Below, piece after piece: positions 25,460 through 40,590 of a stretch of 64,000 nt of DNA. Source of the DNA: Mytilus trossulus (taxonomy: Eukaryota). The translations under genes and the position numbers were made by a program. Under the pieces are notes generated by a model. That model worked only from the letters and a program-made list of their open reading frames with translations. It was not told where the DNA came from and did not search any database. The DNA is taken from NCBI RefSeq assembly GCF_036588685.1, contig NC_086373.1, forward strand, positions 103,912,001 to 103,976,000. The letters are read 5' to 3'. Within the stretch, counting starts at the first letter, position 1. Each line of letters begins with the position of its first letter.

Positions 25460-26585
25460 ATCTCTCAATCAACAGGCAACCAGAATAACATTGGCTGTCT
25501 TTGTAGATATACAAAGAGAATTTGATAAGGTATGGTAAGATGGAATCCATGCAAAAATGCTTCGTTCATTAATTTTTATATAAATAAGACCGTAATTTTC
25601 TCGTTTGAATTGTTTTACATTGTCATATTGTGGCCTTTTATAGCTGACTATGGGGTATGGGCTTTGCTCATTGTTGAAGGCTGTACTGTGACCCATAGTT
25701 GTTAATGTCTGTGTCATTTTGGTCTCTTGTGGACAGTTGTTTCATTGGCAATCCTACCACATCTTTTTTTTATATTCGATATGGCATTAGTTGAAGTATG
25801 TACAAATGGACCAAATCATACTTGTACAATAGAAGAACCAGAGTGCTAGTAGATAGGCAATGTAGATTGAAAGTACTCTTAAAACAAGGGGTCCAACAAG
25901 GAGAGTTTTACCCCCTAACTACCTATTCTACTCTTTTGAACAACCTAGTACCAGAGCTACCAAAAGCAGTACAATCAGCTCTTCATGCAGAAGATATTGT
26001 TCTCTGGTGCTCAGAAGAGAATGCAACTACAGGGAAAAACTAAATACAAACAGCTTTAGATATGATAGTCACATGGGCTAACACAAACACTTGTCTTTAC
26101 TCTCCTCAAGAAGACTCAGAAGATCCAGCTTTACATTAGAGACAAAAGCCTTACAAAAAAAAAACCAGGATATTCTACCTAAATATATCAAACTGATAGC
26201 TTTCACAATGAACAACAACCCTGGTGGAGATAAACTTGGAAATGTCAATATCCATTCCTCAGTTCTGCTTATTACCACCAAAGATGGACAGACTAGCACT
26301 GTCAAGAAAACACTGACAATGAGTATGCTTGAAGACGAGTACCCTGCTGAACCCTGGGTAATAGTTTATGCAGATGGGTTAACCACAAAAGCCACAACAA
26401 AATAGGGGGCTGGTATTTACATTAAGTACTGCATCAGAGATCGACAATCAGAGGCAATACTAACAGGCATGCAATGTTCAAGCTACAAAGCAGAAGAAGA
26501 AGCCCTTATTAATGCTGCACACTCCATAACAAATGAAATAGATGACACAACTCCAGTTATAATCTTCACTGATGCCCTCTCTCTA
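25460..26585 (+). mobile_element. Decayed RNase H-bearing LINE fragment (I/Nimb/Ingi-like)
   Basis: AVFVDIQREFDKVW, WTKSYLYNRRTRV, GVQQG, LHAEDIVLW (degenerate YADD), then VYADG..GAG...SSYKAE..AL...IFTD (RNase H-like). Contains stops and deletions. Interrupted by a short repeat at 25563-25776. Confidence 0.7.
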
Positions 26586-27004
26586 CCTGTATATTGATTA
26601 CTTTCGTGGTCAATATGTTGAAAGCACCTGTATATTATTCAGATACTCTAAACTTATAGTGCCATAGATATATTTGGTGTTTTGGCTGATAGTAAGTTTC
26701 AAGTGGTCAAGTCCATATCTCCGATACTATAAGCTATAGGTATATTTTATTTGGTGTATTGAACTATTGCAAGGTGAAAATGTCCAACTGGAAGGCATCA
26801 TCTGACCTTGACCTCATTTTTAATGGTTCAGTGGCTAATCTTAAGTTTTTGTGTGTTGGTCTGTTTTTCTTCTTTTTTTGTACGCAAAAGGTTAGCCATA
26901 TTTGGTGTATGGACATACTTTATGATATACATGTCAGTCTAGTTTTACCTTGACCTCACAATTCGTTTCTTAGTGTTAAGTTTGTGGGGTTTTTTTTATT
27001 GTTT

Positions 27005-28266
27005 TTAGTTCACCTGGCTCAAAGGGCCAAGTGAGCTTTTCTCCTCACTTGTCGTCCAGCGTCGTTAACTTTTACAAAAATCTTCTTCTCTGAAACTACT
27101 GGAACAAATTAAATCAAACTTGGCCCCAATCATCATTGAGTATCTAGTTTTAAAAATGTGTCCGGTGACCCAACCAACCAACCAAGATGGCCACCATGGC
27201 TAAAAATAGAACATAGGGGTAAAATGCAGTTTTTGGCTTATATCTCAAAAATCAAAGCATTTAGAGCAAATCTAACAATGGGTACAATTGTTTATTAGGT
27301 CAAGATCTATCTGTCCTGAAATTTTCAGATGAATCTGACAACCTGTTGTTAGGTTGCTGCCCCTGAATTGGTAAGGAATTTTAAGGAAATTTTGCTATTT
27401 TTTGGTTATTATCTTGAATATTATTATAGATAGAGATAAACTATAAACAGCAATAATGTTCAGCAAAGAAAGATTTACAAATAAGTCAACATGACCAAAA
27501 TGGTCAGTTGACCCCTTAAGGAGTTATTGCCCTTTATAGTCAATTGTTAACCATTTTTCGTAAATCTTAGTAATCTTTTACAAAAATCTTCTCCTCTGAA
27601 ACAAATAACTACTGGGTCAAATTTAACCAAATTTGGCCATAATCATCATTTGGTATCTAGGTTAAAAAATGTGTCCGGTGATCTGGTCAACCAACCAAGA
27701 TGGCCGCCATGGCTTAAAATAGATCATAGGGATAAAATGCAGTTTTAAGCTTATATCCCAAAAATCAAAGCATTTAGAGCAATTCTTACAGGAGTAAAAT
27801 TGTTTATCAGGTCAAGATCTATCTGCCCTGAAATTTTCAGATGAATCAGACAACCTGTTGTTAGGTTGCTGCTCCTGAATTGGTAATTTTAAGGAAATTT
27901 TGCTATTTTTGGTTATTATCCTGAATATTATTTTAAGATAAAGATAAACTGTAAACAGCAATAATGTACAGCAAAGTAAGACCTAAAAATAAGTCATCAT
28001 GATCAAAAGGGTCAATTGACCCCGATAGAGTTATTGACCTTTATAGTAAATTTTAACAATTTTCATAAATTTGTACATTTTCCACTGTAACTACTGGGCC
28101 AAGTTCATAATAGATAGAGATAATTGTAAGCAGCAAGAATGTTCAGTAAAATAAGATCTACAAACACATCACCAAAACACAATTTTGTCATGAATCCATC
28201 TGTGTCCTTTGTTTAATATTCACATTGACCAAGGTGAGCGACACAGGCTATTTAGAGCCTCTACTT
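27005..28266 (+). mobile_element. Helentron-associated (DINE-1/pearl-type) non-autonomous element
   Basis: T-run, then AGTTCACCTGG..GGGCCAAGTGAGC 5' end, a short GTC tract, two about 505-bp core repeats, and 3' AGGTGAGCG plus GGCT..TTAGAGCC hairpin plus T-run. Confidence 0.85.
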
Positions 28267-29883
28267 TTATAATATGAGCAATAGGCAAACTATATTCGAT
28301 GTTTGGAATGATTGTTAGTGTATAACGTCTGTCTGGCAATAATCATCTTGCCATAATATAATTTTCATGGTTCATTGATCAATGTGAAGTTTTCCTGGTT
28401 AAGTTTGTTTCTTAGATGTGTAATAGGTCAACTACTAGTTTATTTAAAGCATATTTTTGGTGAATGGAATGCTTGTAAGATGTGCATGTATTTTACAACT
28501 TCCAACTTGACATTGACCTCATTTTCTTGTTCAGTTTATGTGATAGTTGTAATAAAGCTTTATATTTTGAAAGACATTTGAGCATGTGCTCTTGCTTTAA
28601 TTTCAATCCCTAGAATCACAGAATCTGGATTAGACTTTTTATACATTTAACGGGAAATGTCAGATCAATGATGGCAGCAAAAATCGTAGATGTATGACAC
28701 TTTAGACAATTCAAAAGGCCCGGATTGTTGAGTTTTCTCTCCATGAAACGTTAGCATTACTAGTTTCATGCATTTGACAAAATCTGTTTCAAAAATTCAC
28801 GAAAGCAGATGCCTAAAATTGTTGACTGTTTCCGGAATACGACACAAATGACATTTATAGTGTTTTCTCTCATACCTAGAAAATTACAATCTGAACACAG
28901 GAGTTTTTATCATCTCTAAGGATTAATATTGTAGAAAACTAACATCTAAGGAAGCAGCTAAGTATGGTGTAGGGACTACACTGTGAAAATGTGCGTCAAT
29001 GCACATGGTAATTGGATCTCCTGTAGGTACATTGATTAATTACACTAGGAATTGATGTCATTAACTTATTATGACGAGGGAAAATTGTCAATGCATAGGA
29101 TTGGAAAGAAGCATACCATCACGTACTTTAATCATTGATCTGCAAGTTTTAAATACGAACAAAGTATTCTTTTGTTCTATTCGATTTTCTAACACTTCTA
29201 TGAGGGCCGGCAATATTTTATTGAACAAATATGATGTCATATATCATGAGTTTTAAACTATCGTGCAAGAAAGCGGGAATACATAATTTAATATTTTCGT
29301 CGCCAGTTTGCTTATGTGTAATTTAATTTGTGCTTATGGTTTTTCTCGTTTGAATTGTACCAAAGTGATATCTGAGGATTGAACTCCTGGTCAAAGTCGG
29401 GGTACCTTGACAAACCAAGGCCCCCAAAGTACCCATTCTAGTTAGAACTATGGCCTGGGTACCAGAGATGTGTGTGGGAGGATGAAAATCACCCTTCTAT
29501 TGATCTAAATTTTCCAGCGCCCTTTACAGTCACCTGTAGTTATTTACACACACGTCGTTTTGGGCTATAGTCATGATGGTGGATAGTTGTCTCATTGGCA
29601 TTACCACCTCTCTTTATATTTTCACTGTCGTTATCAGAATTACCTTGTGTGTGCTTTCCCCTAAAAACCAATCAGTAAACAATCTGGTAAATTAAAAACG
29701 ATAAAATAATTTTAATACTATAAAATTGTCAATATAAACGTATCCCCCATATAATACAGGTTTGTTTTAGTTGAGCTTACTTGACCATTTCATGCAACAA
29801 TTAAATCCCCCATAGAAATTCACAGAATTTGTATAACTATTTCCTTATTGTCACCATGTTAATGAGCATTACATTTTGCAGTT

Positions 29884-32800
29884 TTACTTATAACCTTGCA
29901 TGATTTTCCACATACCCTTGTCGTGAATTTTTACAGGGTTTTCCTTTGCTCTCCTTGCCTGAAAACCTTCTTTTAGGGGTGGTAAGAAAGTCCTTGAAGA
30001 TGGTCGTGATATTGAAGGCAAAGCAACATTGCCTTGTTCAAGAGAAGACCAAATTTTTCTATTTGGTAATCTGCTGGCATACTTATTTTGTGTCCCCGAA
30101 ACCGAAAGCGGCAAGGATGAGCTAGGCACCCCATTAACACGTCTATACATATCATCTCGATTATATTTAGGTTTCGGTTTTACAGCCAACTTTTTGTCAT
30201 AGTTACTAGTATCTGATAGCACAATTTTTCGTTCGCCTTCTGCTCTCTTTGTTGAAACTGTTATGCTGTCAATATTTATACCCTTTGGAGCTGGATGAAA
30301 GTGCACCTTTGTAGTTCGTTCTTTCCTTCCTGCTCTATGTGTATCTATTGTATGTTGTTCACTAGTCATGTCATTATAATCACTATTTCTGGTGCTTGCA
30401 GTTTCTACAGTGAAATGATCGTTATACCTTTTACGTGTTCTTCTCTTCTTACCAGGTGTAGTCAACATATCAGTGATCGATTGTTCGTTTCTTCCATGAT
30501 TTTCAGGAACTGGTTGGTTTCTCGTCTGCTGAATCTTTTTAACTTCCTTTTTGGACTCCTTTTGGCTTTTCTCCTGTTCATTATATATGTGTCGTAGATC
30601 AGTTGCACATTCTCTTACAACCTTTACTAGATCAGTTATTCCATTTTTATCTTTACTATGACTTTCTTCAACCACATCGTCTTCTTCGTCGGACATATAT
30701 GCTTCTTTTAGTGCTCTTCTGATGGCTGACATGCTCATGCGCTGTCCAGACCTACCTGCATTTTGTTTTGACTTAAGTTTTTTACTTTTAACTTTGTCAA
30801 AAAGACGAAAGTCATTGTCGTCGGAAACACATGATACAGGTTTTGTATTACTTTTGTTTCCGTAAGCATCATTCACTATGGCAAATAAACCTGAGTCGTG
30901 CCTTTCCTTTACAATTTGTAACGCTGTCTTTCCATCACAATTAATTTTACTCAAATCGAGACTGATTTGTCGTTTTAGGTGGGCGTCAACTAGTAATTTT
31001 ACCAAATTTTTATTTCCAGTTTCGCAAGCATACATAAATCCTGTAAATCCATCATTGTCTGTTATATTTACCTCTAGTGATGGCTGAAACATACAACAAT
31101 ACCTACACATTTATCTCATTACTATAGTACATACTAAGTACACTAAACAAACTGCGATGTTTGACAAAACAAGATTGTCACAATATATTATAACTTTAAG
31201 ACATATACTTCGAATTTGACATAAGCGGTCAGCTCAGTACCAGAATGATATGAAGATTCTATTTTTTTAAATTATCAACTCCCTCACCTTGGCAGCAATA
31301 TACAAACTTCCCCTGCATATATAGGATATGCATTCCCCTACTCATTTGGTATTCAAGAGCTTTCAACTTCTCCTTGCATGGACTTTATGAAACGTCTGAG
31401 CAGAATATTGATGAACCAGGGTTATATCAAAGAACGTTTCCTCCTTTTTTCTAAATTAATTCATCAGAGATACCAAGACCTTGTTGATAAATATATCGTA
31501 TCGCTTCCCAAATAACACAAGGTTGTCTTGAAAAAGAAGGGCGAAAGATAGCACAGGGACAGACAAACTCATATATAGATCGAAAATAAACTGACCACAG
31601 CTAAAAAAGAAAAACAAAAACAAACAAAAAAGTATACAAGACATTTAACATAGAAAACTAAAGACTAAGCAACACGAACCTCACCAAAAACTGGGGGTTG
31701 ATATCAGGTGCTCGTATAGGTTCTAAGTATCAGCTTAATGTCTAGGTTTTTTTTTATTTGTCTTTATATTATCAACATTAACTGATATTAATCTTTTTGC
31801 ATTCCGCCATAACGATTGTTATTGTGCCGTAGTCATTTCTGTGTTCTTGTCTTCATTTCTGTTTATGTGTTTTGTCTTTATGTCATATTGTTTTTCTAAG
31901 TTGGCGTAGTGGTTTGCTTTTACCATTAATTTAATAACACAATCTTTACTGCTGTATCCTTATTTTTGACATTTATACCTTCTATTTTATAGACATAAGA
32001 AGATGTTGTAAGAGTTCCAAAGAGACAACTCTCCATACAAGTTACAATAAGTAAAAGTATTCCATTATAGTTCAGAGTATGGTCTTCAACACAGTTATTG
32101 TGACCTTGTTTTGTTCACACATTGCTATCAGTAAATTGGATTCTGTACCAAGTAAGGAACTGAAAGTTGTTTTCCATTCGTTTGGTGAATTTGAGCTATT
32201 ATTTTTCAATTTGATAAGGAACTTTTCGTTTTGAATTTGCTTGGAGTTTGACCTATCTTTGTTATTTTACTTTTATAGCATACATATTACTAACATGTAA
32301 ATGTTATATATATATATATCACGTTCCTGCACACACAATTTTACGCACAAAAAGGAAACCATACATCAATACATAACAACAACAAGTATATACATGTATA
32401 GGAACATAGAACATCGTGCCAAGCTCACATTATCGCACCATTTCAGAAAGTTCCCGTTATGACGGACAGGTGTAACGAGTGTCAAGTTACCATAAACTAA
32501 CGTGGGACGAACGAACAGACGGGCGGACGGCCAAACGGTTGCATAGAGGGAAAATATGATTCCGTCATCTGAAGTTTGACGATAATCTGTTGAAAGTAGA
32601 TATAGGAAGATGTGGTGTGAGTGCCAATGAGACAACTCTCCATCCAAATAACAATTTAAAAATTAAACCATTATAGGTTAAAGTACGGCCTTCAACACGG
32701 AGCCTTGGCTCACACCGAACAACAAGCTATAAAGGGCCCCAAAATTACTAGTGTAAAACCATTCAAACGGGAAAACCAACGGTCTAATCTATATAAACAA

Positions 32801-35800
32801 AACGAGAAATGAAAAACACGTATATATTACATAAACAAACGACAACTACTGTACATCAGATTCCTGACTTAGGACAGGTGCAAACATTTGCAGCGGGATT
32901 AAAAACCCTTTTTTAACAGAAATAAACTCTTTTGTAAAAGTATTTCAAAAGATTTGGTTTGACGCGAATTAAGAAACATCAATCCGTTTAACTATTGTTT
33001 GTATATGCCTTATTTGTGGTATCAATTGTCGTGAAAATGTGAATCGATTTAGTTAATTTCTTGACTATTTTCCACTAAGATAATAAATAAATTAAACAAA
33101 AATTCGATCGCTCACTATATATAATATATTTATGATTAATTTTTCATGTTCGACTGAGAATCGTGTTGAACAAAAAGTATTTGTGTTTAGGGTTTCCTCC
33201 CTAAAGTTCGGTTTTCTTCAATTTGCTGATTTTCAACCTTTGTGTAAATGGAGAACTGCAGTTTTATCACGAGTAACAATCAAAAGTGTCTGGTATACAT
33301 TTTAGCAAATTGATTTTGGTTAGTAGGAATACATTTATATCAAGTTGTGTCTGATTATTCTGCCGACTAGCTCAAAACATAATCTGATACCTTTAGACCT
33401 TGCAGAAGTTTTGGCTTTACATGTAATGAGTGCTAATTTTCCTATTATAAGTTATGTAATTAAAAAAATAACACTGAAAAGTTGTTTTAATATTGCCGTG
33501 AAGATTTTTTGCATTTATGGCCATATACCATAAAATTCATATCAAATTTCTGATTTTGATTCATTAAAAAAAAAGAAATAACAAAAATACCGAACTCCAA
33601 GGAAAATTCAAATCGGAAAGTCCCTTATCAAATGTCAATACCAAAAGCTCAAACACATCAAACGAATGGAAAACAACTGTCAATTGAATTGTTGCCATGT
33701 GATACATTGCACATTCGGATCTCACCTGTCTGAGAAATAGGTTAATCGTATCTTCTTGTTCACAAATACAAGCTGACATGAATGCTGTTTGACCTTTATT
33801 GTCTTGTAGATTTATATCTGGTTTGAAGTTTAAGATTGTTTTCAAAAGAGCTAGACGTCTAGTAGGATCGAACACTTTCCGCACACAAACCATTAGTAAT
33901 GTCTCAGATAAACTTTTACTGTTAATGTCAATCCATTCTAACATAAGATGAACCTACAATAGAAAAGAAATATATTCCGTTATGCATTCTGTGATTATAG
34001 ATAACACAGAAGTATTATGGTATCAAATCTTTGGATATTTCAAGTACTGGTAGCATGAGTGTTAAATCTGATTTTATGCCAACCCAGTAAAGTTTCAAAT
34101 AAAGCTGCAAGATATACAAACATCTGGTTGATGAAAAAACAACTTGGCATTTGTTTAATCAACATAGAAGATATATAAAGCATGAACCCGCAATCATGCG
34201 AACAGACAATAAATGTCTTTTGTCCGGCGTGGGACGTTTGTGCTTTTACATATGACGTTTGCGCTAAATGTTAAATGGACACTTGCGCTCATTTCATATG
34301 ACATTTGCGATTATATAAATGACATTTGCGCTTTTATGGTATTTACTTCTCATGACTTTCATCCTATTTTATCCGGGCTTTGGACCTGGTAGAGTTAAAT
34401 AAAAAAAGTCGTATTTTTTAAATTATGGTTAAAAGTCATTTCGAAGCACATTCATGTGTGTAAAAGTCTTTTCATAGCACATTTAATTTAGTTTGTTCCT
34501 TATTCGGCGCCGTCATGATACTTTTCTTTTACTACCTTGGTGTAAACAATATTTTATTATGAATTATACAAGTGCATTTTATACATGTTAAAACGGATTA
34601 AAACAAGCAACAAGTGCTTATCTTCTCTTACTATACCTTAATATCGTCCATAATATGCATCTGATATGTGTCATTGAATGTTGATTTAGCAATCAAACAA
34701 TCAACAGTAAAGACTTTTGTCATATAGATCACTATTGGCGAAAGCGGTGTAAACTATTTGTACAAAGCTATATGTTTCATAAGATAGAAGACCAGGACTC
34801 TGTATACCTTGTATCCAGATACATTAGGCTACAAAGTTTAAGTTTGTCATATGTCCATATCCATTGACTGCTTGTAATAATATATTTTTTGTCGTATAAA
34901 TTCAAAGACAAATCGAAGTCATTTTCATTGTGTTTTCAAATGAAATGCAAATAACTTTACAGGTAAGTCTTTGAATGTATACGACAAAAAAAACTAAAAT
35001 GTAAATATTTGACTTAGATTGATTAATGGAAGTCATTTCAGACTTTCTCAAATCGAAGTCATTTACATTTGTGTTTTGAAATGAAATGCAAATAACTTTA
35101 TAGGTAAGAGAAAGTCTGAAACGATTTCCATTATTAATCAATCTAAGTCAAATATATTTACATACAGATTATTATTTGACTATAAACACTTTTTATAGAT
35201 TTTTATAGTTTAGTATTTGCTACTATTCAATTCGAGTCGATATCTTGAGATAATGAAATGATTCAGAAAAAGGCCCGTCCTCTGTTCTTTACCAATGCAT
35301 AGATTAATACCATCAGTTACAAAAAAAATATCAGTAATTACGATGATTTTAAAAACAATGAGTTAAAAAAATTGAATGGTCGGTGCTTGAGACGATAACT
35401 GAGTTTTTAAGTGGTATTTCTGTTCATTATTATTTGCAGAGATATATCATGAAATACATGTCACTGTTATGTGTTACCAGAATATGTTTTATGGAATGTA
35501 ATGTAATGGAATTTGATGCAACTGCCATACAAGTGAGAGGTTTAGCTAGCTATAAAACCAGGTTCAATCCACCATTTTCTACACTAGAAAATGCCTGTAC
35601 CAAGTCAGGAATATGACAGTTGTTATCCATTCGTTTGATGTGTTTGGACTTTTGATTTTGCCTTTTGATTTTTGATTTTCCTTTTTGAATTTTCCTCGGA
35701 GTTCAGTATTTTTGTGTTTTTACTTTTTTTTTATGACCAATAGCGTCAGCGCTTAGCACAGTTAAGGATTATTTTTGATAGGGAAATATATTTTTGCAAC

Positions 35801-38800
35801 AGGTTTTTCTACAGATTGTGTTCTTAATTTTATACATTTTACTTTTTAACTATTTTTAATAACTGATACAAATCCATCTTTTATATCAAAATAGTAGTCT
35901 GCAGCGATCTTAAGATATTGTTAAAACATCGAAGAACACATCGAAGAAGTTGTAATGCTATGCGATATTGTAACGATTAACTGCCGCTGGTACTTGTGGG
36001 AGTACATTCAACGGGGAATGGGCCCTACCTCTTACTTGTGTAGCTCACCTGGCCCAATGAGTCAATGAACCTCTAGTTTAATGAACTTGGCAGTTGTATT
36101 TCACATTGATACGGAAAAGTGCATTTGTTAAAGGGTTTTATTGCAAGCTATAGGAAATTGTTTCAGGAATGCATATCAATTAGTGGCTAATTACTTGCAC
36201 GTAGACACGTAGAACACGACAGGCGATTTCCAAATCAGGGACTAAGTGTTGTGGTTATATACATATTAGGCATCATGATTTCTGTTGTTCTGGAGCCATT
36301 TAAATCCAGAAGGCGTTATAATCGATACAGAGTTACTAATTTAAATCGAAAATTTTATTTTTGATCTGTTTTTAAATTTGATATAGTTGCGTTGAAATAT
36401 GATAAACCTCCTGACATCAATGGTTGCTTAGGGACAATAAAAACTTCACATGTAAACCTGAAAGTATTTATTGATTACATTCTGAGTGTCTTTATTTTTT
36501 CTCTGTATCAAATAAAATTAATTCATTTGATTTTCGAAAGATTCTTCCGATCACCAGGGAAAATCGACAAGATCATGAATAGAGTGTAAATTAATAAGAA
36601 ACTTTCATTTTAAAATCAACTCTACAAGCATGTCTTCCATTGTATCATATATTTTTACTTGAAAGCAGGCTAAGTGCATTACGCTGAACAAACCAACCAC
36701 GCGTAGTTGAATATTCTATTTTCTAATTGAATATTTATTCCGAAGCCTTGAAAATAAGTTCACTTGACGTTCAAGTTAGACTTTTAATAGTAATTAATAT
36801 TTGATAAATTTACGAAAAACATAATTGTTTATAATCTATTTATACACACAATTTATAGAAGAAAACCCAAAAATGTTCATTTATTTTCTAATATCTGTCG
36901 CTGTACTTATGAATTTCATTCATACCTCATGGTTTATTATATTTGAGAGCTGTATACACATAAATATGGAGTACAAATATTTCATGGAAACAAAATTTGA
37001 AAATGAATTGCTTTTCTAAGTGTTGTCATTGAATTCATGCTTTTTAGCCGAAAAAGATAAACAAACATGAATACCAGTTATAACTGGTCTGACTTATTTA
37101 AAACGATATTTTCATACTGAACATCTTGGAAGCATATCGTCGTCGATTTATCGCCCGTCCGTGCGTTTAATGCTCATAAAATATAATTGGGAGGGAAGCT
37201 TCTATGGGAGGGGGAGGTGACCTTCTGGTGTCTAAATTAAAATCCATAGACTTTTTTAAAGAAATTGTCAAATTGTAGTTTTTATCATGCTTTATCCAAA
37301 AATATAATAAAAAGTATGGGTCACCGGTTTTTTCACACTACGCGTTGTGCAAAATTTGTATATTCTATATAGATTATGCATGAAAAACCATATTTTGTGC
37401 AATAGGAAGACAACACATAATTTTAAGATAAAATATGATAGATAGCTCTACTGATATTCTTTCAGATAAGAAAGAAGAAATATTGAGGTCACCCTACTTG
37501 TTTCTGGCTACATATTAAAATAGATAAATTCACAACACATTATATTGTAAAATTACTTTGTCTAAGGTATCTCCCCTTATATCTGAGTTATCTACCTTTA
37601 TTTGGAAAATTGTTATAAAATGATAACCAAAGCAAAAATATTCCGGTTTTTTTGGTAAAATTCAGCTGTAATAGGATAAAACATATAACTTTCTATATTA
37701 ACATAAAAAGCCGTATACATGAATAACATACTACTCTCGAAATTTGCACATCAAATATCTAGACCGAATTGTTTCCACGTCAAAATTCAAGATGGATGAA
37801 AACACCCAAGCTACTGGGTGTCTTCATCAAGCTACTTTAAATAGACATACCGACCGTGCAAGGGCTGTATAGCCAGTCAAGGTCGTTAAAAACTTCCATT
37901 TTTTGTTGTAAATAGATTTAGGTGTTAATTTGAGTTTTTCTTGCTTTAAAAATTAAAACAAAGCTTATTCAGATGTAAGGTATAGGGGAAAGGACGACGC
38001 TTATTGATTTTTCGGGTCAATAGATCAAAGTTAAAAGTCGATTTGATAAACGGATTCCTGAACAAACTTGTTTATATAGAACCCGGAGAAATTATCCCAT
38101 TATTCAAATAAGGTCATAAATGAAAAAGAGCACGCGAGTTGATATTAAACCAGAATTGAATATATAAGATTGTTTCACTTTTACATCATACCATTGTTTA
38201 TGTCGTGTACAAGTTGTAATTTTGTACAGACTATCATTTTGTACATATTATAATTTGTACGATGCAAAAATACAAGTTATAACATGTACAAAACTACCTC
38301 ATACATGTTATAAAATGTACAAAATATTGCTTAAAAATTTATCTAACTTGTACAAAATTACAGCACATGCTATAAACCTCAATAGTAGTTTCATCATGTA
38401 CAAAAATTTTGTACATATTATAACCTGTAAAAAATTGCAACTTTGTACACGACATATATATAGGTAAACATCATAGTATGAAATTCTTCACAATCTTTAT
38501 TGCCGCGAGATGAAATATCGAAACTTCATTTATTTTTTTATTTTAAAGAAATATTTGTATTGACCAAGCAAGTGCCTCCACACCAAGCCGGCTAACCAGG
38601 GTCATTTGAACCCTTCATAAATAATTAACCCAAAGACGGTTTGCTACGTCCTAACAAGCATACATACTATTTAGTACCTTTGAAAGATAAGGCAGATCAA
38701 GTTAGAGCACTCACTGTTGTAACGCACTTGCTTTCACATGATGTATAGTATCGAGGATTGTTTGATGAATATTTGGTTTTGATAAATAATTATCATTAAA

Positions 38801-40590
38801 TACACATTGCTCTCTCAAATCATTAAATAAAACAAATACTGCCTTTTGTCTCGGGTAATAATTAAGCGATTTAATTAACTTTTGAAAAGAAGTAAATCCC
38901 GAATACCCGGTATCGGTCAATAAATCCTCAACGAACGGTTATTGTATGATGTTGTTTTTCGAATACAAGCAAGAGTCAAACTTCATTTCAAAATGTCTTT
39001 CGCAGTAGCAATGTAGTTTCATTGCATACGGGGTATATATCTCCCAATTGATACGATATTCCCGTGCTTGCATTTCTTATCATGATTTTCTTGATAGAGG
39101 ATTACTGCTCACAAGGAAGCTATTAAACCAAGAGTTCCAAATGGTGAAGTTGAAATCATCCCTTCGTAAATTTTACGGACGCCATCACGAGTTGGTTGAC
39201 CGTTATGGAATAACCGTTTCACAAATGATATCGGATATGTTCCTTACGTCGTAACTACAATCCCCTTCCCTACATGAATTTGACCTACCGAATTAGACTA
39301 TTTACCGGATTTGTAATCACATAAGCAACACGACGGGTGCCGCATGTGGAGCAGGATCTGCGTACCCTTCCGGAGCACCTGAGATCACCCCTAGTTTTTG
39401 GTGGGGTTCGTGTTGTTTATTCTTTAGTATTCTATGTTGTGTCACGTGTACTATTGTTTTTCTGTTTGTCTTTTTCATTTTTAGCCATGGCGTTGTCTGT
39501 TTATTTTAGATTTATGAGTTTGACTGTCCCTTTGGTATCTTTCGTCCCTCTTTCATTGAATATTCGAAATCGTAAAAAAATATTTTAAGTTTATGATACA
39601 GACTCTCCATAACATTCAATTTTCTGTAAGATTTTACCATGCATCTTAAGTTTTGAACGTGAAAGTAAAATAGATACAGGCAATTGCTTACATCTAAACA
39701 GACTTTTTTGTTAAATCTTGAGACAAATCTAGATGAACATAAATGCTTTTGCAAGCGTTCTTGCTTGGTAGTATACTGGTATACATACTGACATCGTATA
39801 TGCATCGAACTTGTAGGAATTCACTGTTCAGTTGTTAAAATAAAGAAAAAAATTGGACGTTATGTCAAAATATGATATTACACTTCTTTATCAAATATAA
39901 CAAACTTTAAATTGTTTGTTTTTTACTACAAATACTTTTATTTCAGTAAAACCAATATATTTTTTTCTCCTTCTATTAGACTTAACGAGACTATGTATAT
40001 ATGGGAAATAAAGTACATAGAATTACTGAATAATAATAAAAACCAATATATTTTTTTCTCCTTCTATTAGACTTAACGAGACTATGTATATATGGGAAAT
40101 AAAGTATATAGAATTACTGAATAATAATAAAATGTCAAAAAATTATCTTCATCGGCTATATCGTTAAAATGTGCATTGCATGCATGCTATAGTATTGCCT
40201 AGTCTTTGAAGTCGGAGTTTGTAACTCTATCCAAATATCATTTTAAATATTAGTGTATAGCAATATAATATTTCTCACAGAACGTAACCAAAAACTAGTG
40301 CAATAAATCTTCAAATTCATGACGTCATCAACGTTTAAATCTTAGTTTAAACCAATTTTTACTTTCAAATATTATATTGCTATACAATAAAAGGGTTATT
40401 GCATGAATATTGGGGAATATTATCCCTCGTAGAACATATATTGCACTCGCAAGCTCGTGCAATATAAAATTCTACTCGGGACAATATTCCCCAATATTCA
40501 TGCAATACCCTATAATATTATTTGTAATTAATTATTTCTACTAACCTGTCGAACACTTCCATTTTGTACAATAAGATCAAAAACACTCAT
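29884..40590 (-). CDS. Ankyrin-repeat protein with long low-complexity basic C-terminus (about 490 aa, 3 exons)
   Basis: Exons 40590-40546 (MSVFDLIVQNGSVRQ; in-frame TGA upstream; least certain), 33953-33726 and 31083-29884, all phase 0. Ankyrin motifs: DINLQDNKGQTAFMSAC, VNITDNDGFTGFMYACETGNKNLVKLLV, INCDGKTALQIV. Confidence 0.8.
38201..38454. mobile_element. MITE with TGTCGTGTACAA...TTGTACACGACA ends, TA flanks
   Basis: About 45-bp imperfect TIRs with many internal TGTACA motifs. Confidence 0.7.
39023..39550 (+). mobile_element. Penelope-like retroelement 3' fragment
   Basis: AYGVYISQLIRYSRAC...LLTRKLLNQEF...LKSSLRKFYGRHHELV resembles a PLE RT C-terminal region (recognition from memory). 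A degraded relative lies at about 31290-31520. Confidence 0.65.
39947..40131. repeat. Direct tandem duplication, about 91 bp x2
   Basis: TAAAACCAATATATTTTTTT(T)CTCCTTCTATTAGACTTAACGAGAC...GAATTACTGAATAATAA occurs twice, nearly identical. Confidence 0.9.
40393..40510. repeat. Long imperfect hairpin, probably an element terminus
   Basis: GGGTTATTGCATGAATATTGGGGAATATT...GCACTCGC AA GCTCGTGC...AATATTCCCCAATATTCATGCAATACCC. Confidence 0.85.

Noticed and set aside
36605-36640. ATG GAA GAC ATG as first exon of the ankyrin gene
   Set aside because: Reaches TGA after 11 codons with no donor. 40590-40546 fits better.
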